Assembly: GCA_019873645.1 (NCBI GenBank)
Contig: JAIOAX010000022.1
Location: 20,599-84,598, forward strand
Length of the DNA stretch: 64,000 nucleotides
From: Chloroflexota bacterium
Lineage (GTDB): Bacteria > Chloroflexota > Anaerolineae > B4-G1 > SLSP01
Reading direction: 5' to 3'
Both the position numbers and the translations under genes were made by a program. Under the pieces are notes generated by a model. The model did no database searches and had not been told where the DNA came from. It was given only the letters and a program-made list of their open reading frames with translations. Positions 8,363 to 16,134 of the stretch are shown here, piece by piece; the stretch's first letter is position 1, and the number at the start of each line of letters is the position of its first letter.

Positions 8363-9667
8363 ATGAAGCGGGAACGTGGACAGGCGTTAATCATACTGGC
8401 GTTTGCCTTGCTGGCGCTGGTGGCGTTTGCCGGGCTGGCCATTGATGGCGGACGGCTTTATGCGGAGCGGCGGCAGACCCAAAATGCGGCCGATGCGACG
8501 GCGCTCGCCGGCGCCCGGATCCTGGCCGAATTCATTTCTACGTGCGCCGGAGCCGACGTGGCGCACGACAATCGCATTGCCGCCGCTATGGTCGAGATGG
8601 CGCGCTACAACGGCGTGGATCACTTCTCGCCGCAAGGACACATCGCGGCCTGGTACGTGGACGCCGACGCCAAGCCGCTTGGTCAGGTCGGCTGGAATCG
8701 CGGCATCCCCGGTGGTGCGACGGGCATCAAGGTCACGTTGACCTACAGCGATACGGCGACGTTCATGCGCTTGCTGGGGCGTTCCCATCTGGTTTCTACG
8801 GGCGAAGCTCTGGCCATGGTCGGCCCGGTCGTGCAAACCGAGCGCGGCGTCCTGCCCATCGCCGTGCCCGAAACCGTCGTCACCGAGTTTCGGGATAAGG
8901 AAGCCTTCACCGTCTTCGATGACGGCCTTTTCTGCTACAGCAAAAAGTCCAAAGGCTGTGTGCTGCCGCCAGAAGAGCGCACCATCACCGATACGACAAA
9001 GTTGAGCGCGAACGCTTTCTACGGCTGGCTGAATCTGAGTCACATCTACAACAATGCTTACTGGAGCGGAGGCGCCCTTAACCGCGCCTTCACCAAAAGC
9101 CTTAGCTCCGGTGGCTGCCGCTACAAAGCCAACGGCGTGGTTGACGTTGCCAACACCGGCCTGAAGGGTTGGTTGAGCCGAGATTGTCCCTATCCCTATC
9201 CTATGTTTGCCGGAAAATCGGTGACCGAAAAAAAGGACAAAGACGAGGCCGATGCGGAGAAAGAGCCGTGGAAAGAAGGGGACTTCATCTACGGCTTTGC
9301 CGGGATGCGCACGGCGGCTTTGCACGAGCTGGCTGCCGGCTACGGCAAGGGCGACATCCTGTACTGGCTGATCTTCGACAAAACCTATACCGCCAAGGAG
9401 ATGGAAAAAATGTTCCCCGGCCAGGCGCCCCCGGTAGGATGGATGACCGGCGGCGGCAAAATGCAGGGCCTCTACTATCACATCGTCGGGTTTACGGCGG
9501 TTGAGCTTGTCTCAGTTGACTTGAAAGGGAAAGAAAGATCCATCACCGGCATCTTCCGCAACGTCGTCATCGGCGAAGGACTGATTGACCCCGGCGATGG
9601 CCTGGGCAGCGGCGGTAAAGGGACGTGCGGCTTCCCGATGTTGCTTGGCGTCAAGTTGTGGGAATAG
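8363..9667 (+). CDS. TadG-like protein, paralog 3
   Basis: KRERGQALIILAFALLALVAFAGLAIDGGRLY..QNAADATALAG. Shares the GWLNLSHIYN, GDFIYG and YYHIVGF motifs and the C-terminal VIGEGLIDPGDG...C....LGVKLWE. Confidence 0.7.
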   Translation: MKRERGQALIILAFALLALVAFAGLAIDGGRLYAERRQTQNAADATALAGARILAEFISTCAGADVAHDNRIAAAMVEMARYNGVDHFSPQGHIAAWYVDADAKPLGQVGWNRGIPGGATGIKVTLTYSDTATFMRLLGRSHLVSTGEALAMVGPVVQTERGVLPIAVPETVVTEFRDKEAFTVFDDGLFCYSKKSKGCVLPPEERTITDTTKLSANAFYGWLNLSHIYNNAYWSGGALNRAFTKSLSSGGCRYKANGVVDVANTGLKGWLSRDCPYPYPMFAGKSVTEKKDKDEADAEKEPWKEGDFIYGFAGMRTAALHELAAGYGKGDILYWLIFDKTYTAKEMEKMFPGQAPPVGWMTGGGKMQGLYYHIVGFTAVELVSVDLKGKERSITGIFRNVVIGEGLIDPGDGLGSGGKGTCGFPMLLGVKLWE

Positions 9668-9686
9668 GGCGTAAAACGTAAAAACG

Positions 9687-9727
9687 TAAAACGTGAAACG
9701 TAAAGGAGACTTACGTTTCACGTTTTA
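9687..9727 (+). terminator. Hairpin terminator built from ACGT-word repeats
   Basis: TAAAACGTGAAACGTAA / TTACGTTTCACGTTTTA form a 17-bp perfect stem with a 7-nt loop, followed by TGTTTTAT, 20 nt after the stop. Confidence 0.6.
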
Positions 9728-9803
9728 TGTTTTATAATAGACTCTCATAATCAAAGAAGCCTATTGGAGATGCCCCATCACCGAGGATGAAAATCTTAAC
9801 CGC

Positions 9804-9872
9804 GAAGCACGCGCATCTTCGCCAGTTTTGGGAAAAGATTCGCGTAGATTAGCGAGATTAGCGGTTTATTTT
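9804..9872. repeat. Roughly 70-nt conserved leader element, copy B
   Basis: GAAGCACGCGCATCTTCGCC...GCGTAGATTAGCGAGATTAGCGGTTTATTTT is the paralog of 4966-5036. A 5' half-copy lies at 11664-11695. Confidence 0.7.
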
Positions 9873-9886
9873 CAAGTAGAGGCAGC

Positions 9887-11656
9887 GTGGCCCGGCACCG
9901 TAAACGCAAAAGCATTATTTTTGAGAATATCATTACGACCATCTCGACAAACTTCATCAACCTACAGCCCGACGCGATTGACGCCGAGATCGTCCGCGCG
10001 CTGCGCACCATTACCCAGGTGACGCGCGTGGAGCGCAGTTGCGTGGCACTCTTTTCTGATGATAAACAACGCCTGACATGCACCCATGCCTGGAGCACGC
10101 CGGAAATTGCGGTGCAAAACCGCCCTATGCTGCCCCCCACACCGGCGGCATGGCCGTGGCTGACGGTGCGTATCATGCGCGGCGAGATCGTGAATGTGCC
10201 GCTTGCCGCCGCCCTTCCTCCCGAGGCCGATGTCGAGAAGCGCGCCTGCCGTGCCCAGGGTGTTCAATCGTTCGTCGTTATCCCGATGACCTATCGCGGC
10301 GCGGTGGTCGGTTTTCTCAAATTCGACGCTCTCCGCACGCCCAAAACCTGGTCGGAACATACCATCGCTCTGCTCAAAACTGTCGGCGAGATTTTCGTCA
10401 ACGCCCTGGAGCACAAACGCGCTCAGGAGGCCCTGCAGCTTGCCAACCTTACGTTGGAGCAGCGTGTCAAAGCGCGCACGCTGGAAATCGAGCGGCGGCA
10501 GCGCGTCGCCGAGGGTCTGCGTGACATCCTGGTCGCGCTCAACTCCGACCGCCCGCTCGCCGAAATCCTGAATTACCTGGTGGCGCAAGCGTGCGCCTTG
10601 TTGGACTCCAACGCCTGTGTGCTCTACCGCGTGAATCGGGAAGAACGGCGCATCCTCATCGAGGCCAGCTTTGGGTTGCCGGAAGCGTTTCAATCCATCA
10701 CCAGCCTGCCGTTGGAGGCCTGGCGTCTCTTGGGACACGGTGAATTGGGAGGGACGGACTTCGACCGGCAGCCCTACGTTATCCCCGACGTGGCGGCCTC
10801 GTCGCTGGCTATGGATGACGAGGAAAGTGTGCCGCCGGCCGTGCGCGCCTGGCGTCACGCCGCCGTTCAACACTACCGCGCTGCCCTGACCGTGCCGCTG
10901 GTCATCAAAGAAGAATTTTACGGCCACCTGGGATTTTACTACGCCAATCCACGCCAGTTCTCGGAGGAAGACATCCGCCTGGGGGTAAGCTTCGGCAATC
11001 AGGCCGCGCTGGCGATCGAGAATGCGCGCCTGCGGGTTCAGGCGGAGCAGGCCGCCATCCTTCAGGAGCGCAGCCGGCTCGCCCGCGACCTGCACGACTC
11101 GGTGACCCAGTTGCTCTACAGCCTCACTTTGCTGGTGGAAGCGGCGCGCCGTCTGGCCCAGAACGGTGATCTCCAACGGGTAGACGAGGCGTTGGCGCGG
11201 CTCGGCGAAATCGGGCAACAGGCGTTCAAAGAGATGCGCTTGCTGGTCTACGAATTGCGCCCACTGGCGCTCAAGAGCGCGGGGCTGGTGCGCGCCTTGC
11301 AGCAGCGGCTTGACACGGTCGAGCGGCGCGCCGGCATCGAAGCGACGCTGGTGGTTGAAGGGCAGGTGGAATTGCCTGCCCGTCTGGAAGAGGAGCTGTA
11401 TCACATCGCGCAAGAGGCGCTGAACAACGCCCTGAAGCACGCCGCCGCCACGAAGGTTGCCGTGCGGATCATCGCCGAAAACGGACGCATTGCCATTGAA
11501 GTCAGCGACGACGGCAAGGGGTTGGATCTCAGTGCCGGCGCCGGCGGCATCGGCCTGAGCAGCATGCGTGAGCGCGCCGAAAAGCTCGGCGGAACGTTGA
11601 CGCTTATCTCCACGCCAGGGAAAGGTACTACGGTCAACGTTACGGTGAATTTGTGA
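9887..11656 (+). CDS. GAF-domain sensor histidine kinase (HisKA_3 / NarL-partner type)
   Basis: Two GAF-like regions, the H-box LARDLHDSVTQLLYSL, and an HATPase with N-box ALNNALKHA and G-boxes DDGKGL / GIGLSSMRER. Confidence 0.85.
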   Translation: MARHRKRKSIIFENIITTISTNFINLQPDAIDAEIVRALRTITQVTRVERSCVALFSDDKQRLTCTHAWSTPEIAVQNRPMLPPTPAAWPWLTVRIMRGEIVNVPLAAALPPEADVEKRACRAQGVQSFVVIPMTYRGAVVGFLKFDALRTPKTWSEHTIALLKTVGEIFVNALEHKRAQEALQLANLTLEQRVKARTLEIERRQRVAEGLRDILVALNSDRPLAEILNYLVAQACALLDSNACVLYRVNREERRILIEASFGLPEAFQSITSLPLEAWRLLGHGELGGTDFDRQPYVIPDVAASSLAMDDEESVPPAVRAWRHAAVQHYRAALTVPLVIKEEFYGHLGFYYANPRQFSEEDIRLGVSFGNQAALAIENARLRVQAEQAAILQERSRLARDLHDSVTQLLYSLTLLVEAARRLAQNGDLQRVDEALARLGEIGQQAFKEMRLLVYELRPLALKSAGLVRALQQRLDTVERRAGIEATLVVEGQVELPARLEEELYHIAQEALNNALKHAAATKVAVRIIAENGRIAIEVSDDGKGLDLSAGAGGIGLSSMRERAEKLGGTLTLISTPGKGTTVNVTVNL

Positions 11657-11789
11657 CGGAGAATTTTAACCGCGAATCACGCGAATTTTTGCAGGTTTTT
11701 AAGCATCAACGGATTTCTGATTACCCATCCGTTTCATCCGTTAAATCCGTTGATATTTTTTCCTGGATTACGAGGACGAAAGAACAATC

Positions 11790-12440
11790 ATGAATGAAAC
11801 CATTCGCATCCTAATCGCCGACGATCACGCCATCGTGCGTGAGGGTCTGCGCTGGTTGATTTCTACCGAACCCGGTATGGAACTGGTCGGCGAGGCCGCC
11901 GACGGCATCGAGGCGGTAGCGCGCGCGTGTGAATTGCGCCCTGACATTATCCTGATGGACCTGGTGATGCCGCGCAAGGGGGGCATCGAGGCCATCACCG
12001 AGATCAAACAGGCGCTCCCGGACGCACGCATCCTGGTGCTCACCAGTTTCGCCGAGGATGACAAAGTCTTCCCGGCGATCAAAGCCGGGGCATTGGGCTA
12101 TCTGCTCAAGGATACCGCTCCCCAGGAGTTGCTGCGGGCCATCCGTGAGGTGCACCAGGGCTGGCCCACCATGCATCCGGCCATCGCCCGCAAGGTGATG
12201 CAGGAAATCCAGCGTCCTTCGGACCTGCCGCCCACCTCCGAGCCGCTCACTGAGCGCGAGGCCGAGGTGCTCAAGCTGGTAGCGCGCGGTCTGGCAAACG
12301 ACGAGATTGCCAGGGCGTTGTTCATCAGCGAGCGCACCGCACGCACGCATGTCAGCAACATCCTGCGCAAACTGCATCTGGCGAACCGCACCCAGGCGGC
12401 GTTGTATGCCCTGCGGGAGGGGTTGGTCAATTTGGGGTAA
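11790..12440 (+). CDS. NarL/LuxR-family response regulator
   Basis: REC domain (ILIADDH..., ILMDLVMP, KAGALGYLLKD) plus a LuxR HTH (LTEREAEVLKLVARGLANDEIA...SERTARTHVSNILRKL). Confidence 0.9.
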   Translation: MNETIRILIADDHAIVREGLRWLISTEPGMELVGEAADGIEAVARACELRPDIILMDLVMPRKGGIEAITEIKQALPDARILVLTSFAEDDKVFPAIKAGALGYLLKDTAPQELLRAIREVHQGWPTMHPAIARKVMQEIQRPSDLPPTSEPLTEREAEVLKLVARGLANDEIARALFISERTARTHVSNILRKLHLANRTQAALYALREGLVNLG

Positions 12441-12523
12441 TTTTATCAGATTATCTTACCAACATTGACAGCGGATAACTTTTTATACAATGGTTATAAG
12501 CTCTGGGACTATGGAGAGATAGT

Positions 12524-12775
12524 ATGGAAACTGAAGCAATGGTGACCTTGCCCACGTCCCCGGTATTTTCTGAGATGACATTGGGGCGACTGGATGCCAT
12601 TATCCGCGAGTTGCAAGAGTTGCGACGCACATTGCTCAGGCAGCCTGCTGACCGATCAATCTCTGCGCATCTGACTCAGCGACTCTCTGGAATTCTAGTA
12701 CCATCCAACCAGAACGAAAACTTCGATGTGTGGGAGGAATATCGTGCCGTTTCTGATTGGGAGCGCTTTGCATGA
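12524..12775 (+). CDS. Small antitoxin-like protein of a decayed TA pair
   Basis: 83 aa. Its stop overlaps an ATG (ATGA) that opens a 14-codon dead ORF, which is followed by a PIN C-terminal remnant. Confidence 0.4.
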   Translation: METEAMVTLPTSPVFSEMTLGRLDAIIRELQELRRTLLRQPADRSISAHLTQRLSGILVPSNQNENFDVWEEYRAVSDWERFA

Positions 12776-12957
12776 GCAGTAGACATCACCCCGGCCGACA
12801 TTGTCCGTATGGGTGAAAACATAAACCGCTATCATTTGTGCCCGCGTGATGCATTGCATCTGGCTGCTATGCAGGTGTGTGGCTGTTATGCGTTGGTGAG
12901 TCACGATGCAGATCTCAACCGTGTACCGGGTGTGCAGCGTTATCATCTGGACAGCTA
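12776..12957 (+). pseudogene. PIN-domain (VapC-like) toxin remnant, C-terminal half only
   Basis: The open frame reads ...NRYHLCPRDALHLAAMQVCGCYALVSHDADLNRVPGVQRYHL*, a typical PIN C-terminus. The N-terminal roughly 70 aa with the first acidic residues are missing. Confidence 0.55.
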
Positions 12958-13241
12958 ACCTCTTTGGACTTACAAAATAGCCCTTTTGCCTGTCTGACCG
13001 GCTCTCGCATAAAAACCCTTGTAATATTAAGTCCATCATCCTACGTCATTTGACGTATCCTTGCGCCACAAAAATCCGCCTTTTGTCTCGAAAAAGACCG
13101 ACCTTATGACCAATGCATTTCTGCAAGAATCTGGTATGATATAGTCACCATCGAGATGCAAGACAGTGAACAGGTGCAACGCCCTTCTTTTGTCGAACTT
13201 GAGCGCGTTGCACCTGATCGTGTGAATAAGGGGCAAAGGTA

Positions 13242-13610
13242 ATGAGAGTACAGGTGCCGGTCCTGGTTGTGGCGCGGCCGGGCCCGCTACGGGATGGTCT
13301 GGTGGCGTTGTTGAAGGCCTTGCCGCAAGTTTCTACTGTGGAACAGGCGACTACGGCTACCGCAGCGATCAAGACCGTCGAGAGCCAACGCCCGGCGCTG
13401 GTGCTGGTAGACTCCGGGTTGCCCGGTGATGATGCCTGGACCGTGCTCAAACAGCTTAAAACTCGCCGTCCGGCGGTGCGTTGTGTGGTGCTTTCCGACA
13501 CGGTGCAACATTATCGCCAGGCAGAGGCCGCCGGCGCAAGCCGCGCCCTCTTGACCGGTATCCCGGCTCCCCAGCTCTCGGTGACGCTGGAAGGCTTGCT
13601 CGGCGCGTAA
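13242..13610 (+). CDS. Stand-alone receiver (REC) domain protein with a degenerate acidic pocket
   Basis: REC fold pattern with the phospho-Asp context ALVLVDSGLPG. The N-terminal DD is replaced by AR (VLVVARPG) and the conserved Lys position reads ALLTGIP. Confidence 0.65.
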   Translation: MRVQVPVLVVARPGPLRDGLVALLKALPQVSTVEQATTATAAIKTVESQRPALVLVDSGLPGDDAWTVLKQLKTRRPAVRCVVLSDTVQHYRQAEAAGASRALLTGIPAPQLSVTLEGLLGA

Positions 13611-13644
13611 CGCGGGCGCAACGTTCGCACAATGAAACGACAAG

Positions 13645-13685
13645 ACTGAAGACTATCCGACTAAAAACTATCTGACTATTTTTTC
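13645..13685. repeat. GACTAT-word tandem leader repeat (paralog of 5503-5535)
   Basis: GACTGAAGACTATCCGACTAAAAACTATCTGACTATTTTTT lies directly 5' of SD GAGGAGG for kamA. Confidence 0.7.
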
Positions 13686-13703
13686 GAGGAGGAAATCAAG
13701 GAG

Positions 13704-15044
13704 ATGGAAGAACAGCAGTTTGGTTTAGAACTAGAAGAGCCTCCTGGCCCAGGAGGGCAACGTCGCTATTGGCAAACTGTTCCCCCTGAACAGTGGAACG
13801 ACTGGCGTTGGCAACTGGCCCACCGCCTGAGCACCGTAGAGGATTTTTCCCACATTTTGCACTTAACCCCCGACGAGATCGCCGGCCTTTCTGCGCCTGA
13901 GCGCTTTCGCGTCGAGGTCACGCCGTACTTCGCCAGCCTGATGGACCCGGACGATCCCCATTGTCCCATCCGTCGGCAGGTCATCCCGACCGCTCAAGAG
14001 CTGGTCCCGTTTGACGCCGAAATGGCCGATTCGCTTGGCGAGGATGCCCATTCGCCGGTTGCCGGCCTGGTGCACCGTTACCCCGACCGCGTCCTGATGC
14101 TGTTGACGACGCAGTGCGCCAGCTATTGCCGTTTCTGCACGCGCAGCCGCCTCGTCGGCGATAGCCATGTGATGTTCAATTCGGCTTCCTATGAACAGCA
14201 GTTGGACTACATCGCCGGGACGCCGGAAATCCGCGACGTGCTGCTCTCCGGCGGCGATCCGTTGACGCTGCCGCAGAATGTGCTGGAACGCATCCTGTTC
14301 CGCCTGCGCGCCATCCCCCACGTGGAGGTGATCCGCATCGGTTCACGGGTGCCCGTCTTCCTGCCGCAGCGCATCACGCCAGAATTGACGGCCATGCTGT
14401 CCAAGTATCATCCTTTGTGGATGAACATTCACTTCAACCATCCCAAAGAAATCACGCCGGAAGTGGAGCAGGCGTTGGCGCGGTTGGCGAACGCCGGCAT
14501 CCCTCTCGGCAGCCAAACCGTGTTGCTTGCGGGGATCAATGACTGTCCGAATATCATGATGGCGCTCGTGCACAAGCTGGTGAAGAACCGTGTGCGCCCC
14601 TATTATCTCTATCAATGTGACCTTGTCCACGGCGCGGGGCACTTCCGCACACCCGTGGCAAAGGGGCTGGAGATTATGGAGTCGCTGCGCGGTCATACGT
14701 CCGGCTTCGCCATTCCTACGTATGTGATTGACGCGCCGGAGGGCGGCGGCAAGGTGCCCATCCTCCCCAACTACCTCCTGAGCATGTCCGACAGCAAAGT
14801 CATCATCCGCAACTACGAGGGCTTCATCACCGCCTACGCGCAGCCGACGGATTACCGGAGTCACGATCCGGCGACCTGCCCTTATTGCCAAAATCATCGC
14901 GACGAGGCCGGGCAGGAGGGCGTAGCGGGATTGCTTGCGGGGCAGCGCCGCGAGATCGCACCGCAGCACTGGCATGAGACGCATGCCCGTCTCCCACAAA
15001 CGCCGTCGCCCTTTGTTCTGCATCGTGAAATGGTGGAGCGGTAA
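13704..15044 (+). CDS. kamA: Lysine 2,3-aminomutase family radical SAM enzyme
   Basis: The CASYCRFCTRS cluster (CxxxCxxC), the KamA N-terminus WNDWRWQL, and the motifs VTPYFASLMDP, HRYPDRVLML and SGGDPL. Confidence 0.9.
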   Translation: MEEQQFGLELEEPPGPGGQRRYWQTVPPEQWNDWRWQLAHRLSTVEDFSHILHLTPDEIAGLSAPERFRVEVTPYFASLMDPDDPHCPIRRQVIPTAQELVPFDAEMADSLGEDAHSPVAGLVHRYPDRVLMLLTTQCASYCRFCTRSRLVGDSHVMFNSASYEQQLDYIAGTPEIRDVLLSGGDPLTLPQNVLERILFRLRAIPHVEVIRIGSRVPVFLPQRITPELTAMLSKYHPLWMNIHFNHPKEITPEVEQALARLANAGIPLGSQTVLLAGINDCPNIMMALVHKLVKNRVRPYYLYQCDLVHGAGHFRTPVAKGLEIMESLRGHTSGFAIPTYVIDAPEGGGKVPILPNYLLSMSDSKVIIRNYEGFITAYAQPTDYRSHDPATCPYCQNHRDEAGQEGVAGLLAGQRREIAPQHWHETHARLPQTPSPFVLHREMVER

Positions 15045-15045
15045 T

Positions 15046-16128
15046 ATGGCAGGATTGCGTGTGGCTGTGGTTGCCAATCGTAAACACAGCGTCAAAGTGG
15101 AGGCCGGCGCGCCGCCCGACGCGCTGGCCGAATATGACGCCGAAGAGACTGTGCAGGGCATTCAGGAGGCGCTGCGCGCACGCGGCCATGAGCCGTTTTT
15201 CCTGGAGGCCGACGAAACTTTTATAGATACCGTGCGCGAGACGCGGCCCGACATCTGCTTCAACATTGCCGAGGGGCTGCGCGGCGATGCGCGCGAATCA
15301 CACATTCCCGCCGTGCTGGAGATGCTCGCCATCCCCTACACCGGCTCGAAGGTGCTCACGCATGCCATCTCGCTGGACAAGGCGATGACCAAGCGCATCT
15401 GGCGCGACGTGGGCCTGCCGACGGCGCCGTTCCAACGCTTCTGCCGCGCCGATGCGCCGCTGGATGCGCGCCTGAGCTTCCCGCTGTTCGTCAAACCGTC
15501 GCGGGAGGGATCGGGAATGGGGATCAACGCTCGCTCCATCGTCCACGACGAAGCCGAGCTGCGGGCGCAGGTGGATTGGGTGATCCGCACCTATCGGCAA
15601 CCGGCGTTGGTCGAAACGTACCTGCCGGGGCGGGAGTTCACCGTGGGGCTTGTGGGCAACACGCGCCCGCCGGACGCGCCGCGCCGTTCCGAATTCTACG
15701 ATGAACGCGGATTTCACGTCTTCCCGGTGCTGGAGATTGACTCGCAGCGCGGGGCGGTGAAGGGTATTTACAACACGCAAGCGAAATCCTATGCCCTTGA
15801 CGATCCGCTGGCCCCCGGCTATCTGTGTCCGGCGGACATCCCCACCGGGCTGGAGGCCGAGTTGCGCCGGCTCGCCATCGCTGCCTTTGAAGCGTTAGAC
15901 GGGCTGGATGTGGGGCGTGTGGATTTCCGTATGGGGGCAGACGGCGCGCCCTATCTGGTCGAGATCAACACGCTGCCGGGCATCAATCCGCTGGTCAGCG
16001 ACCTGGTCATCGTCTCGCGGGCGGGTGGCGTCGCCTATGAAACCCTGGTCAACGAGATTCTCAACCTGGCCTGCGAGCGTTATGGTCTGCGTTGGAACGT
16101 TGGAACGTTGGAACGTTCAAACGTTTAA
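15046..16128 (+). CDS. ATP-grasp ligase of the D-Ala-D-Ala ligase family
   Basis: ATG 15046 lies 1 nt after the kamA stop. Ddl-like pattern GEDG-equivalent ...IPYTGSKVLTHAISLDKAMTKRIW...FPLFVKPSREGSGMGI...EINTLPG. The longer 14935 start overlaps kamA. Confidence 0.8.
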   Translation: MAGLRVAVVANRKHSVKVEAGAPPDALAEYDAEETVQGIQEALRARGHEPFFLEADETFIDTVRETRPDICFNIAEGLRGDARESHIPAVLEMLAIPYTGSKVLTHAISLDKAMTKRIWRDVGLPTAPFQRFCRADAPLDARLSFPLFVKPSREGSGMGINARSIVHDEAELRAQVDWVIRTYRQPALVETYLPGREFTVGLVGNTRPPDAPRRSEFYDERGFHVFPVLEIDSQRGAVKGIYNTQAKSYALDDPLAPGYLCPADIPTGLEAELRRLAIAAFEALDGLDVGRVDFRMGADGAPYLVEINTLPGINPLVSDLVIVSRAGGVAYETLVNEILNLACERYGLRWNVGTLERSNV

Positions 16129-16131
16129 ACG
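16091..16131. repeat. AACGTT-word tandem repeat (GTTGGAACGTTGGAACGTTGGAACGTTCAAACGTTTAAACG)
   Basis: Degenerate word copies. It encodes the last 12 aa and the stop of the ATP-grasp gene and ends 3 nt before the next start. Confidence 0.75.
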
Positions 16132-16134
16132 CTT

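Noticed and set aside
8387-9481. 364-aa minus-strand ORF antisense to TadG-like paralog 3
   Set aside because: It is fully embedded opposite a gene with clear family motifs. Its Arg/Gly/His/Ala-rich composition is typical of shadow frames in high-GC DNA, and it has no SD or recognisable motif.
9962-11440. 492-aa minus-strand ORF antisense to the GAF histidine kinase
   Set aside because: It is a shadow ORF of a confidently identified kinase, low-complexity and R/G/Q/H-rich, with no motifs.
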